DNA of 60,677 nucleotides from an uncultured Thermoplasmata archaeon (GCA_964486225.1 CAZAMQ010000003.1:1-60677); one strand, 5' to 3'; counted from the stretch's first letter, positions 19,274 to 29,541 are shown. Numbers and translations: made by a program. The notes: generated by a model not told the origin, from the letters alone.

Positions 19274-20299
19274 CTAATCCTGATTAATCATCCATATCAC
19301 TACTATAAATCCTACTTGTGCACCAGGTATCATTATGCCGATGATACCATAAAGCATGGGGATCGGATCGCCGCCACCCATGCCGCCCATGAGGGCCATG
19401 ATAGCCATAATCACGATTAAAAACAATGGAAAAGCTACTACAACGGTTACAAAGGATTCCGCCATCATACCCAGGGTTTCCATCTTCTGCTGGACGATAA
19501 GTTTCCGTGAGTCTTGGTATCCCTTCAATTTTGATGTGAAGTACGGTTTCAACTCACCGCCTGAACTTGATGTGGTGATGACACCTTGTATGAAATCTCT
19601 AAAACTCTCCGATGGTGTCCTATCGGCAGCCCTCTGCATAGCTGTTAATATATCTATCCCCAATAGTTCTGTATCCCTAGTTATCCACTCTGCCTCCTCT
19701 CTCACCTCACCATATATCGGTTGTTTCGATAGTTCTTTGAATATAAGATCTATATTTACATCTGCTGAAGACATAGCAGCGATAAAACTCATGGCATCAG
19801 GAAGTTTTTTATCGATCTTTTTACCCCGTGACTTGGCAGTCATCCCTGGTCCTGCTTTAAGGAAGAAATAGGTCATAACCGGAACAAACACAGCTACGAC
19901 TATTCCTATTAAGTACATAAAGACGCCTAAGTCAAGGAACATAGACAAGACCGGCCCGATAAAAATGCCCGCTACGATACCGACAACTGCAGCGATGATA
20001 GTTGACATCCAGATATATGCGATATACTCTTCTGCTCTGATCTTCATGTGTGCCTGAAGGAGAGCATTTTCAAGGTCTTCGTCACTGATGTCCTTGTTCT
20101 TTACTATAGGCCCCATTACCCTCCAGCAAAATTGTTGATAAGGGGTCAACTTCAGATATTCGGGGACCGCCTCCTTGGGTAGTCTAACGATGTGGGGCCC
20201 GTAGGTCTCTATACGGTCACTAGGTTTTGCACGTTTGGTCGCTAAGAATTTGTCCTTTTTAAAGGTAAGTTTTTCGAAGGTATCATCTATCTCTACCAT
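19274..20299 (-). CDS. Type II secretion F-domain (TadB/TadC-like) platform protein
   Basis: IDKKLPDA, LLGIDILTA...TPS, SGGEL motifs; TM helices. Confidence 0.88.
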   Translation of the reverse strand: MVEIDDTFEKLTFKKDKFLATKRAKPSDRIETYGPHIVRLPKEAVPEYLKLTPYQQFCWRVMGPIVKNKDISDEDLENALLQAHMKIRAEEYIAYIWMSTIIAAVVGIVAGIFIGPVLSMFLDLGVFMYLIGIVVAVFVPVMTYFFLKAGPGMTAKSRGKKIDKKLPDAMSFIAAMSSADVNIDLIFKELSKQPIYGEVREEAEWITRDTELLGIDILTAMQRAADRTPSESFRDFIQGVITTSSSGGELKPYFTSKLKGYQDSRKLIVQQKMETLGMMAESFVTVVVAFPLFLIVIMAIMALMGGMGGGDPIPMLYGIIGIMIPGAQVGFIVVIWMINQD

Positions 20300-22008
20300 C
20301 AGATTTCACCTCTGATACGAGCCAGGGTCTCTTCAGGTTCTTTATAATAAGAAGTAACAACCTTAGATATCTCCCTGTAATCAGTTTCTTCTTTATCTAC
20401 CAAGTAATCAATTACCTCAATTCGATCACTGAATTCCTGGTTCATCTCTTCTTGGGTAAGGTTCTTCATCTCCATTATAGTATCAAAGTTAAAACTGTGT
20501 CCCTTGTATATAAATCCATCACTCTTTCGATCCCATTCAAACACCTTGTTTGTTATCAATTCATCACTTTCAGGTTCAAATCCCACAAGTTCTGTGATCT
20601 CTTGAATCCTTCTTACCTCCTCGTCCCGAACCCTAGCAAACGTCTGGATTATCACAAAGTTAAGCGCTGTGAGCAGCACTCGCGGGCAGTTGATGGGGGG
20701 GTTTTCAAGTCTGTGCACCATGGACTCGACCGAATCGGCGTGCATAGTACTGTAGGTTGTGTGACCGGTTGCCATTGCCTGAAACATGGTGTTTGCCTCT
20801 TTACCTCTAACCTCACCTACGATTATGTAATCGGGTCTCTGCCTTAGTGCATTTTTTACCAGGTCGTACATGGTGACCTCACCGGGCGATCGACCCCCTG
20901 AGGATTTTTTTCCTGTACGCCCCGTTCGAGTTGTACTTGGTATCCAATTCTCATGAGGTAGATTGATCTCTCTAGTATCTTCCAGTGAAACTATCTTAAG
21001 ACCGGGAGGGATGAAAAGTGTAGCCGCGTTAAGCGTGGCTGTTTTGCCGCATGCTGTTCCTCCGGCAACAACCATTGACATACCATGTTCTACCATCAGC
21101 CACATGTATGCAACCATATCAGGGGAGGATGTGTTGAACTGTATCAATTTAACAGGGTTAAAGGGTTCCTTTTTAAATCGTCTGATGGTGATGGAAGATC
21201 CTCTGGAAGATACTTCTTTAGCATAAGTGGCTTGAACCCTGTGACCTTCTCTGGTTGTTCCGTCCAAGATGGGGTTTGAAACAGAAACCTGCTTTCCACA
21301 CCTTTGACCGAGCTGGATAATGAAGGAATTCAACACCTTTTCTTTTTCGAATCTGAGGGCAGTCCTTATCGATTCATATTTAGAATGATATATGAAAAGA
21401 GGTATATCCACGCCGTCACAGGAAATATCTTCTACGTGGTCATCGCTCATCAACACATCTATAGGGCCATATCTAACATAATCCCTACGGATGTAATAAA
21501 TCAATCGTTTCATCGATTTTTTCTCTATGTTCAGCCCCCTACTTTCTATGAAGCTTTCAACACTCTCCTCCAGGAATTCCTCTTTATCTTTTTTTTCCAT
21601 GCTTTCCCAGTCATAGGAAAGGGTTCTGTCAAGCGTATCTTTTAACAGCGCCAACCACTTTTCCTCTTTTTCCGTAAGGGTTGGTTCGATTGATTGATAT
21701 AAGTTCTCTTTCTTATCTTCATCATAAATGACCCTAGCATAACTAAAAGGATGGAGTATGGGATAGATCTCTTCAACCCTCATACTTTCTTTTTCCAATT
21801 CAGGAAGTCTGGTATAAGGTGATATCCAGCCTTCCTCGCCGACCTCGACTTTTTCTCTGTTCTTAACCTCTTCATGGGGAAGCTTCACTCGGCGTGGGGA
21901 TTTAGAGAAACCCATGGGTGATGTAATCAGATTAGTTATTCGTGACAAGGTGCTTCGTTCCTTCTTCTCCTTGGTTTTTCCCACTGCAGTTTTGGCCATA
22001 GGTATCAC
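20299..22008 (-). CDS. Second type II/IV secretion / pilus ATPase
   Basis: GGTACGKT, SLEDTREI, LRQRPDYIIVGEVRG, GH..STMHA. Confidence 0.93.
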   Translation of the reverse strand: MIPMAKTAVGKTKEKKERSTLSRITNLITSPMGFSKSPRRVKLPHEEVKNREKVEVGEEGWISPYTRLPELEKESMRVEEIYPILHPFSYARVIYDEDKKENLYQSIEPTLTEKEEKWLALLKDTLDRTLSYDWESMEKKDKEEFLEESVESFIESRGLNIEKKSMKRLIYYIRRDYVRYGPIDVLMSDDHVEDISCDGVDIPLFIYHSKYESIRTALRFEKEKVLNSFIIQLGQRCGKQVSVSNPILDGTTREGHRVQATYAKEVSSRGSSITIRRFKKEPFNPVKLIQFNTSSPDMVAYMWLMVEHGMSMVVAGGTACGKTATLNAATLFIPPGLKIVSLEDTREINLPHENWIPSTTRTGRTGKKSSGGRSPGEVTMYDLVKNALRQRPDYIIVGEVRGKEANTMFQAMATGHTTYSTMHADSVESMVHRLENPPINCPRVLLTALNFVIIQTFARVRDEEVRRIQEITELVGFEPESDELITNKVFEWDRKSDGFIYKGHSFNFDTIMEMKNLTQEEMNQEFSDRIEVIDYLVDKEETDYREISKVVTSYYKEPEETLARIRGEI

Positions 22009-22113
22009 CTAATTTATAATTACGGAAAGGCTAATGCCTCTATGGGACTATCAAGATAGACCGAGGTAGCCTTCTTGGTAAAGTAAGTACAAGATGCTAT
22101 TTATATGTGTTGG

Positions 22114-22674
22114 TCATCGAACAGAAGTCCATTTGTTCATGACGCCTGTATTGTCTTCAGGTCCTCTTGTAAAGATAACATCGCCGCCCATCAAACATGT
22201 ATTCTCGTCCGGACCGTATATCCAGCTATCCCCTCTTTTGATCGCAACCAGCCACATACCGGTCTCACTGGCAAGCCCCACTTGGCCCAATGTTTTACCG
22301 TCAAGGAAAGATCCTTTGTGTACCAGTTTTTTCAGCATTATGGTATCTGACTCCTGAAGACTCTGTTTGAGTACAGGATGTATCTCTATATCTCTGAGAA
22401 CCACATCGGCTATATCCAGGGCCGCGTCTGCGATCCTTTCGATTGCGTCTGCCACCTTCATGAATATCAGAACCCTGTCGAAATTGCCGGTGTCCCTGTA
22501 TCTGGTAAGAGATGCCTTCTGTATATCTTCATATAGTTTGTCGATACGTTCTTCCAGTTCTATAACCTCCTCGGCGATATCATGATTGTAATACAATAAA
22601 GCCGAATAGGCCAGGTCAAGCATTAGTTCGGAAGTGTTCTTCATTTCAAGTAATTTTTTTTCAGTCTCTTTCAT
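22114..22674 (-). CDS. PhoU-like plus TrkA-C (RCK-C) domain protein
   Basis: MKNTSELMLDLAYSALL; ETGMWLVAIKRG..WIYGP. Confidence 0.88.
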   Translation of the reverse strand: MKETEKKLLEMKNTSELMLDLAYSALLYYNHDIAEEVIELEERIDKLYEDIQKASLTRYRDTGNFDRVLIFMKVADAIERIADAALDIADVVLRDIEIHPVLKQSLQESDTIMLKKLVHKGSFLDGKTLGQVGLASETGMWLVAIKRGDSWIYGPDENTCLMGGDVIFTRGPEDNTGVMNKWTSVR

Positions 22675-23345
22675 GACATCACCTCACTCCAACTGCGCCG
22701 CCCAAGTGTAACTTCCTTTAACTCCTCAAAACCTGCATCTACGCCACAAACGATTATTATATCGCCGGCCTTGAAATCGTTATGGCCGTCCGGACCATAT
22801 ACCCAGCGATTTTGTCTCCTTATTGCAATTATCCGAACACCGGTGAAGGATTCAACCCGGAGTTCACCTATCAGACGTCCTACAACATCCGAATTATCAA
22901 ATATCTTAAGGGTGTGTATCTTCTCGTCAGCCTCACTCAGGATATGAGGCATAATTGGTCGAACATCGACATCCAAATCCAATATCTCCACCATATCCTC
23001 CGCTGCATCGGATATCTTCTCTGCTGAAGAAGCTACTTGAAGGAGCCCGCTCAATCGCTCAGCATCTTCAAGGGTACGTGCAGACAGCATACTCTTCAGT
23101 CGGATAAGGTACATCATCTTGTCCATCTCGGATTCAAGGTGTCCTACTTCATCCGCTAGGTCACTATTTTCGAAGACGATTGCCGCATAAGCAAGATCAA
23201 TGATCAACTCCGAATAATCTTTCATCATAGTCAATAGTTCTCTAACGGAGGTGTCTTCATATTTTATCTCTTCATGTTCTTCTTCTATCTCTTTATCCAT
23301 GCTTCTTCTTCTTTTTCTTTTTATTTTCATAATATCACCACCCAT
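22671..23345 (-). CDS. PhoU-like plus TrkA-C (RCK-C) domain protein (paralogue)
   Basis: MKDYSELIIDLAYAA; TGVRIIAIRR..WVYGP. Confidence 0.88.
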   Translation of the reverse strand: MGGDIMKIKRKRRRSMDKEIEEEHEEIKYEDTSVRELLTMMKDYSELIIDLAYAAIVFENSDLADEVGHLESEMDKMMYLIRLKSMLSARTLEDAERLSGLLQVASSAEKISDAAEDMVEILDLDVDVRPIMPHILSEADEKIHTLKIFDNSDVVGRLIGELRVESFTGVRIIAIRRQNRWVYGPDGHNDFKAGDIIIVCGVDAGFEELKEVTLGRRSWSEVMS

Positions 23346-23878
23346 ACCATAAGAAACAGAGCTAATATACTGATGAAATCGGCGAGTGTGGTTATCACCG
23401 GTATGACAATATTGTCCGGATCATATCTATTTTTGTACGACCAAAGAGATATCAGTACGGTCAATATGAGTGTTGAAACTGTGATTATCGCACCCGCTCC
23501 CAAGATTATTATGGCTAAATTGATTACAAATACATCTAGGTCTATCAATGTTGTTGAAGCTGAAACGCCTATGGCCACTGAGGTGAATGTGACTCCGCCC
23601 ATAATAAGGGTGAGGAACATGTTATAACCCATTTCTTTATCAAATAGGTCCGGTTTGATATGACCTGAATGGAGCCCCGATGAAATCCTAGCACCGAGTA
23701 TCGCACCCAAATTGCCCCCGAGGCCGTTCATTACAGGCAGTAAAACAAGGAAGACCGGGAATATCAACAGTGTGTCCTCAATGGAATGAAGTACCTGTCC
23801 ACCCATTATACCTATCAAGGCCATGACAGCTAACAGAGGAGCACTCTCCTTAAATATACCTTTCCAATGGTAGTTCAA
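23327..23878 (-). CDS. mgtE: MgtE/SLC41-type magnesium transporter membrane domain
   Basis: GGNLGAILGARISSGLH; DPDNIVIPVITTLAD. Confidence 0.88.
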   Translation of the reverse strand: MNYHWKGIFKESAPLLAVMALIGIMGGQVLHSIEDTLLIFPVFLVLLPVMNGLGGNLGAILGARISSGLHSGHIKPDLFDKEMGYNMFLTLIMGGVTFTSVAIGVSASTTLIDLDVFVINLAIIILGAGAIITVSTLILTVLISLWSYKNRYDPDNIVIPVITTLADFISILALFLMVWVVIL

Positions 23879-24438
23879 ATTATCAATCCTCCGATCAGGT
23901 ATGCGAAAAAGAAGAGCACTAAGAGTGTGAGAACATCCCCTACGGTGGTCAACATAGGCCCACTTATGTTATCCGGGTCCACCTTAAACTTGATAGCCGT
24001 CATAACGATCAAATAGGTTCCCAAGGATAAGATAAAACCCGAAGAGATACCCGTGAGTATGGAGATGATAGTGAGTGTGATAAAAGCCTTCATACTCACA
24101 TTAAAATCAAGAAAAAAGCTGGTCACCCAGAACAATAAAGGCAGTATCGCTCCTACGAACATGCTGAGAGCCCAAGAACTTTTGAGGTTTTCCATCGTCA
24201 CTTTAGAGGTCAGACCTCGCTCAACTATACCAAGATGATATGCAGAGCCCATCCTTGCGCCCATCGTAGAACATATATTACCACGCATATCTATTATAGC
24301 TGGTATCAGGGCTATCAGACCAGGGATCATCCGTAATACATCCACCATACCCCCCAGGATGAAACCGGACAAAGCACCCCCTAGAGCACATAAGAACAAG
24401 ACGGGAAGAGTCTCTAGCAGTACCTTTTTACTTTCCAT
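23875..24438 (-). CDS. mgtE: MgtE/SLC41-type magnesium transporter membrane domain
   Basis: RGNICSTMGARMGSAYHLG; DPDNISGPMLTTVGD. Confidence 0.88.
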   Translation of the reverse strand: MESKKVLLETLPVLFLCALGGALSGFILGGMVDVLRMIPGLIALIPAIIDMRGNICSTMGARMGSAYHLGIVERGLTSKVTMENLKSSWALSMFVGAILPLLFWVTSFFLDFNVSMKAFITLTIISILTGISSGFILSLGTYLIVMTAIKFKVDPDNISGPMLTTVGDVLTLLVLFFFAYLIGGLII

Positions 24439-24500
24439 CGAAACTTATGGGCACCTCTCAAGTATAAATTTTTTCCATGACAATATTGTCTAACTATTGT

Positions 24501-24722
24501 TTAGTCCCATCCTATCTGACGCATCTCACGATCTTCTTTAGTAGCCTTCTTGTAATCTTTCCAATGTTTTTTGCATAGATATGCATTGCTACCTTCCGCT
24601 TCTATATCCAAGCCGGCTTTTTTAGAAGCCTTCCCTGCAGGTACGGACTTCTTTTTTTTTCCATCGCAACCTTTTACGTCGCATGTTTTCTTCCTGCTGC
24701 GTGTGTGCCTCAAGTTTTCCAC
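24501..24722 (-). CDS. Small basic putative Zn-binding protein
   Basis: CDVKGC...LCKKH; 73 aa. Confidence 0.65.
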   Translation of the reverse strand: MENLRHTRSRKKTCDVKGCDGKKKKSVPAGKASKKAGLDIEAEGSNAYLCKKHWKDYKKATKEDREMRQIGWD

Positions 24723-24925
24723 CTTAGACTTTTAATGCACTTTGGAGGTAATAGCTTTTTCCCAATGTATTGATAAAACCCCGGATGGATCATGATCGAC
24801 CCACTTAGGGGTTGCTGTTCACGTTACAAGGTTATGCGCACCAAGCTATCTCATCCTTATTATCACGGATCAACCGCATCAACGCAAGGGGCAAAATATT
24901 ATTACACTCTCTTGTACTAGAGGTA

Positions 24926-24985
24926 TGCTCGATGATGAAGAATCCAAATCTGACATATGATGATTGATGGGCAGTCTGATGAGCA
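24926..24985 (+). ncRNA. Box C/D methylation guide sRNA
   Basis: C ATGATGA 24932-38; guide AGAATCCAAAT; D' CTGA 24950-53; C' ATGATGA 24957-63; guide TTGATGGGCAGT; D CTGA 24976-79; terminal stem TGCTC/GAGCA. Confidence 0.93.
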
Positions 24986-24994
24986 AAAAGAAAA

Positions 24995-25621
24995 GTGGTA
25001 AAAATGGTAACCGGATTTGACCTGATTCACAACAACCGTCCGCTGCAAAAACACTGGATAAAAAGGATAATCGCCTTCCTTATAGACCTGTTTCTTTCCT
25101 CTATAGCGGCCTATATAATTATATGGCTACTGGGCATAGGATTTATGCCCTCATTATTGGTAAATTTCCCCGTATTCGCTGGGATAATACAGGTCTTCTA
25201 TTCGGCCATATGCGAATACAACAATCGCCAAACCTTTGGAAAGCTACTATTGGACCTTAAAGTGGAGGGGTTAAAGAGCGGACTTAGTCTTTACGAGACC
25301 ATCATGCGCAACTTCAGTAAGATACACGGCCTACTGGTCTTACTGGATATGATAGTAGGATTGGCTACACGAGGTGACCCCAGGCAGCGTTACCTTGACC
25401 GTGTTGCGGAAACAACCGTGACAAGTTCTCCCGAACCCAGGCACGTAAACGAATATTTAAGAGAGCATCTACGGATACATCACAGACCACAGGAGACTCC
25501 TACACATCGTAACTTTCATGAAGACGTATCGAAGGAGTCTTCGTGCCAGATATGCGGCGGTCAGTTGGAACACGCCGGTGGTGCCCTTATGAGATGTACG
25601 GATTGCGGAAGGATACAGTAG
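24995..25621 (+). CDS. RDD family membrane protein with C-terminal zinc ribbon
   Basis: KRIIAFLID, QTFGKLL, QRYLDRVAET; CQIC...CTDC. Confidence 0.88.
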   Translation: MVKMVTGFDLIHNNRPLQKHWIKRIIAFLIDLFLSSIAAYIIIWLLGIGFMPSLLVNFPVFAGIIQVFYSAICEYNNRQTFGKLLLDLKVEGLKSGLSLYETIMRNFSKIHGLLVLLDMIVGLATRGDPRQRYLDRVAETTVTSSPEPRHVNEYLREHLRIHHRPQETPTHRNFHEDVSKESSCQICGGQLEHAGGALMRCTDCGRIQ

Positions 25622-25625
25622 GAAT

Positions 25626-26921
25626 ATGTACATCGCATTAGACGATACCGATTCGAAAGAGGGGATGTGCACCACCTTCCTTGGTACGGAATTGATCAAA
25701 GAATTTTGCGAGTATCAACTGTTATCCTATCCAAAACTTATCAGACTCAATCCAAACATTCCTTGGAAAACAAGAGGTAATGGGGCGGTGGTAATCGAAA
25801 TAGGTGAAGGATCGGAAAAAATGGGAGTCGTCGGCAAGATAGACGAAGAGGTAACGATATGGGACGGCGACCCAGATATCCAAGGCATAATATTTGATAG
25901 AGCTAAAAGGACCGTTGAAAGATGGGCCGAAATAGAGAAAGAAGGGACCGACCCCGGATTGATAGTTGGTAATGTACGACCGCCACGAGAGCTCTATGAA
26001 GTAGGGGTTTCCCAAGTGCTGGATTTGAGATATGTTAAAGGGGTACTGAATGGATTGGACTTGGATTACTGGGGATGTGGAAATAGTAGGGGGATAATCG
26101 GTGCCGCCTCTGCCCTTGCATGGATGCCAGAAGACTATACTTACGAGTTGATCACATATAGAAACATAACTCATTGGGGTACAGATCGGTTTATCGATGA
26201 CAAGGAGGTAAAAGCCCTGGATACAGTCGCGGAACACTCATTCGATTCCTATGACTACGAAGAGAAAAAACAGACCGTAGCGCCCAACTCACCCTGCCCC
26301 GTTCTTTATGGTATAAGGGGTGATGAACCTTCAGAACTGCGTCATGCACTCGATATGATCAAGGGTGAGAAGCCGGAACGTTGGTTGACCTTCTTAACCA
26401 ATCAAGGTACTGACGACCACATCAAGAGATTAAACATACAGGAATTGAAACCTTACCTCTCAGCTCATATCCAGGGGATAGTGTCTTCAACACCCTATAT
26501 CATCCCTGGCGGTCATGTGTTCTTTGAAGTATCTCAAGGTGATTCGAAGATAACCGCTGCAGCATACGAGCCGACCAAAAAGTTCAGAGAGAAGGTAAAG
26601 GAGCTCATGGTAGGAGATAGAATTGAGTTGTGGGGTGGGATAAGGGAGAGACCGGTCACGCTCAACATAGAAAAGATGAAGGTAAATGATTTGGTAGACA
26701 AGATTAGAAAGAAGGCAAATCCGGTATGTCCCCGTTGCGGAAAGAGCATGTCATCCATGGGTAAAGATGCGGGATACCGCTGCAAGAGATGTCGGATAAA
26801 GGCGGATGAAGACGAAGTTAGTGTTGAGACATTAGACCGAAATATCAAAGAAGGATGGTACGAAGTACCCCCGGTCGCTAGAAGACATCTGAGCAAGCCG
26901 TTGAAAAGGATTGTAAAGTAG
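25626..26921 (+). CDS. tiaS: tRNA(Ile2) 2-agmatinylcytidine synthetase
   Basis: LDDTDS..GMCTT, LNPNIPWKTRGNGAV, TNQGTDDH, AYEPT, C-terminal Zn ribbon and RRHLSKP. Confidence 0.96.
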   Translation: MYIALDDTDSKEGMCTTFLGTELIKEFCEYQLLSYPKLIRLNPNIPWKTRGNGAVVIEIGEGSEKMGVVGKIDEEVTIWDGDPDIQGIIFDRAKRTVERWAEIEKEGTDPGLIVGNVRPPRELYEVGVSQVLDLRYVKGVLNGLDLDYWGCGNSRGIIGAASALAWMPEDYTYELITYRNITHWGTDRFIDDKEVKALDTVAEHSFDSYDYEEKKQTVAPNSPCPVLYGIRGDEPSELRHALDMIKGEKPERWLTFLTNQGTDDHIKRLNIQELKPYLSAHIQGIVSSTPYIIPGGHVFFEVSQGDSKITAAAYEPTKKFREKVKELMVGDRIELWGGIRERPVTLNIEKMKVNDLVDKIRKKANPVCPRCGKSMSSMGKDAGYRCKRCRIKADEDEVSVETLDRNIKEGWYEVPPVARRHLSKPLKRIVK

Positions 26922-26962
26922 TGAGGGATATTCTTAAATATCGTGTGTACAGTCCGTGTAAT

Positions 26963-27514
26963 ATGGTTCGTCACGTGAGAGGTACTCACATATTGAATAT
27001 AATTGACTATGTGAAGTCTAAAAAGGGGATGATCGGTGTGGAAGAGCTAGGGGAGCGAATGGAGAAGAAGCATGGTAGTATCAACAAAGAGATCAAAGAA
27101 AATGATTTTGTTGAATATGACCTTCTTCCGGACTTTTTCGAAGTTGTTGAAGAACTATACGGTGACCAAAGAGATGAAATGCCAAGAGCAAAAGATATAG
27201 GAAGACATACAGCAAAAAACCTTGATTATTATGATTACCTCTTGAGGGCGGATGATTTTAAAGAACTGATAAACAAAGCTGAAGATGGATGGAACCAGGT
27301 GTATGATTTCGGGGGTATCTAATTGGTAGAGCACCATGATAGCAGAGCAAACATCAGGTACCACGGATTTCCCGATAACCGTAACGTCTGTAACTACTTC
27401 CAAAGCAGCCTGGAGATAGACCTTAAGTTGCTGGGATTAAATGGTAACGTAGAACACACTGCCTGTCCTGTTAAAGGAGCAGAATACATAGAGTTTGAAA
27501 TAACCTGGCAATGA
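26963..27514 (+). pseudogene. HNOX/V4R-like protein interrupted by one in-frame TAA (27320-27322)
   Basis: ORFs 26921-27322 and 27323-27514 share a frame; the second half ends with V4R-like CNYF...EHTACP..G....EFEITW. Confidence 0.7.
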
Positions 27515-27538
27515 GATCATTTACATAAGGGAGTTGAC

Positions 27539-28042
27539 TTGGATATGAGATTAATATTGGACGAAAATCTACCTGCACATGTGAAAAGTGGCGTAAAACG
27601 CTTTCACAGAGATAGGGAGATAATAGACATAAATGAAGAACATAAAGGTATCTTAGACTTTGAGATAGTAGAGATCATGAAAAAAAAAGATGTTCTGGTC
27701 ACTGGAGATAAAGAACTACACAAAAACATATTAAAGGTGGGTGGAAAAAGCGTTTATTACGATGTTCAATTGGACAATTTGGTTGAGATACAGGTAAAAG
27801 TATCTTACTACCTGAAAGGATACCCTACTAAGAAAGTGGAGACGACCTCTGAAGAGAATATAGGTACATCAAGGGGGCCCAATGAATTGCTCCGCAAACG
27901 ATTTGATAAATTAAAGGAAGAGAATGCTCGTTTGAAGGTGAGACTAAACGTCCTCGAAGGCAAACTTGAGTCCATTCATATCACCGCTAGTTCAGTCTTG
28001 GATGAAGAGGAAAATATTAGTACTAGCTCATACCATATATAA
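27539..28042 (+). CDS. PIN-like (DUF5615/Mut7-C-like) protein with coiled-coil tail
   Basis: RLILDENLP...D.EI...VLVTGDKEL; heptad-rich C-terminus. Confidence 0.65.
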   Translation: MDMRLILDENLPAHVKSGVKRFHRDREIIDINEEHKGILDFEIVEIMKKKDVLVTGDKELHKNILKVGGKSVYYDVQLDNLVEIQVKVSYYLKGYPTKKVETTSEENIGTSRGPNELLRKRFDKLKEENARLKVRLNVLEGKLESIHITASSVLDEEENISTSSYHI

Positions 28043-28058
28043 CAGAGAGGTAATTCAT

Positions 28059-28460
28059 GTGCTCGGGAGCCTGTTGGAAAAAAGATTGAAAGAGTTGAAG
28101 GGTAAAAAGATACTGGTAGTCATGGACGACAGTATGGCATTCAAGGGAAAACTGTTGGACTTTGACAAGGACACCGTGATATTACGTGACATATACGAAA
28201 CCGTTGCAGATGAGATATATTGGCAAGAAATCGAATCGGACAAGGGAGATGTTAATGACGAAAGATACGGCTTCATCCATTGGACAAAGATCAACCTCGA
28301 GGAGGTATATATTAGAGTTGAACACGTATCAAGGATATGGCCTAGACATATAACCGCTGAAGAGGTACAAAACGTAGGTCAGCGGGAGCCTATTTACCAT
28401 AAACAAAGAACGGATGCAAATGTCTCACTCGGTATGGATATATCAGGTGGCGTTCGATAA
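28059..28460 (+). CDS. Sm/Lsm-fold protein with long internal loop and C-terminal extension
   Basis: Sm1-like GKKILVVMDDSMAFKGKLLDFDKDTVILRD and Sm2-like EVYIRVEHVSRIWP; SD GAGGT before GTG 28059. Confidence 0.7.
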   Translation: MLGSLLEKRLKELKGKKILVVMDDSMAFKGKLLDFDKDTVILRDIYETVADEIYWQEIESDKGDVNDERYGFIHWTKINLEEVYIRVEHVSRIWPRHITAEEVQNVGQREPIYHKQRTDANVSLGMDISGGVR

Positions 28461-28472
28461 AAACACTTTCCT

Positions 28473-29498
28473 TTATTTTTTATCCCGGATAAGCTTCAAC
28501 TTTTCTTCAAGTTCTTCCTTCAATTTATCCCCTATAAATTCACCACCAAAATAATCGACTCTAGCGGCGATGGCGATCTTATTGGCCAATAATCTTGCGG
28601 CCCTGCCTCGAACACCAGGGTTCGACCTGTGCACATAAGGATGCTGGAGTATGTAGCCATGTTTTGGGGGTGGGGTCCCCTTCTTAAGGTGTCTGAAGAG
28701 TGACTTTTCCGCACCCAGTAACTGTATAGTACTGGAGGGCACCATGGCCAACTTTTCTAAAGAGCCTGCCTGGGCTATTAGTTCGGCACCGAGCTTTGGT
28801 CCAACGAGAACTGTCAATGAAGGTGCTTCACTCTCCATCTTCATTTCCAGGTACTCTGCAAGATCCATACGGAATTTCCGCTGCTTAATTATCAGGTCTG
28901 CAAACTCTCGATAAGAAGAAATCTCTTTTTCAGATACGTCGCTGCCTACCGATGCCATGTCGAGATCAGTGTCCTTGATTATCCTTTCTCTTTCTCCCAG
29001 CTTAGATATCAATCTCAAAAAATCCTCGTCACCTACTTTTTCATTTAACTCGGGAAAATGTAGTGAATACCAATCACGCAGCCGTTCGGTAAGGATGTTG
29101 ACAGTTTCGTTTATATCTTGGATAGAGTTGATAGCTTTTGCAATGTGCGCCCCGGAGCTGACAGGATATCTAAGTTCATTGCGTCCTATTATTTGAAGCA
29201 TTTCGTGCAGTAATCTATCATCAAAAGAGTACTCTTCAGGTAATACATCGGGTACATCACCCAGCATAAGCTTTCCCAGTTCGGATAGCCTGGAGGACGT
29301 TACGTACAATTTCACTTCAACGAGATGGGCCAGCTCTCTCTCTTCAGCTAGTATCTTGCCTTCCTTACGCTGCGACCTCCTAATTGCTAGCTCTTCGGGG
29401 TCCTTTGGGAATAATTTATGTTCTATTACACTTCCGTCCTTCAATAGGAAGCTGCCGAACCAGGTTGAATACAGTATGACTGTGTTCTTTTCGTTCAT
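28473..29498 (-). CDS. nop5: Box C/D sRNP protein Nop5 (Nop56/58)
   Basis: ERLRDWYSLHFPEL, IQLLGAEKSLFRHL, PPKHG, IAARVD. Confidence 0.95.
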   Translation of the reverse strand: MNEKNTVILYSTWFGSFLLKDGSVIEHKLFPKDPEELAIRRSQRKEGKILAEERELAHLVEVKLYVTSSRLSELGKLMLGDVPDVLPEEYSFDDRLLHEMLQIIGRNELRYPVSSGAHIAKAINSIQDINETVNILTERLRDWYSLHFPELNEKVGDEDFLRLISKLGERERIIKDTDLDMASVGSDVSEKEISSYREFADLIIKQRKFRMDLAEYLEMKMESEAPSLTVLVGPKLGAELIAQAGSLEKLAMVPSSTIQLLGAEKSLFRHLKKGTPPPKHGYILQHPYVHRSNPGVRGRAARLLANKIAIAARVDYFGGEFIGDKLKEELEEKLKLIRDKK

Positions 29499-29541
29499 CT
29501 AAATACGCCCTGATATTGAAATATCTTTACTATAAACTTTG

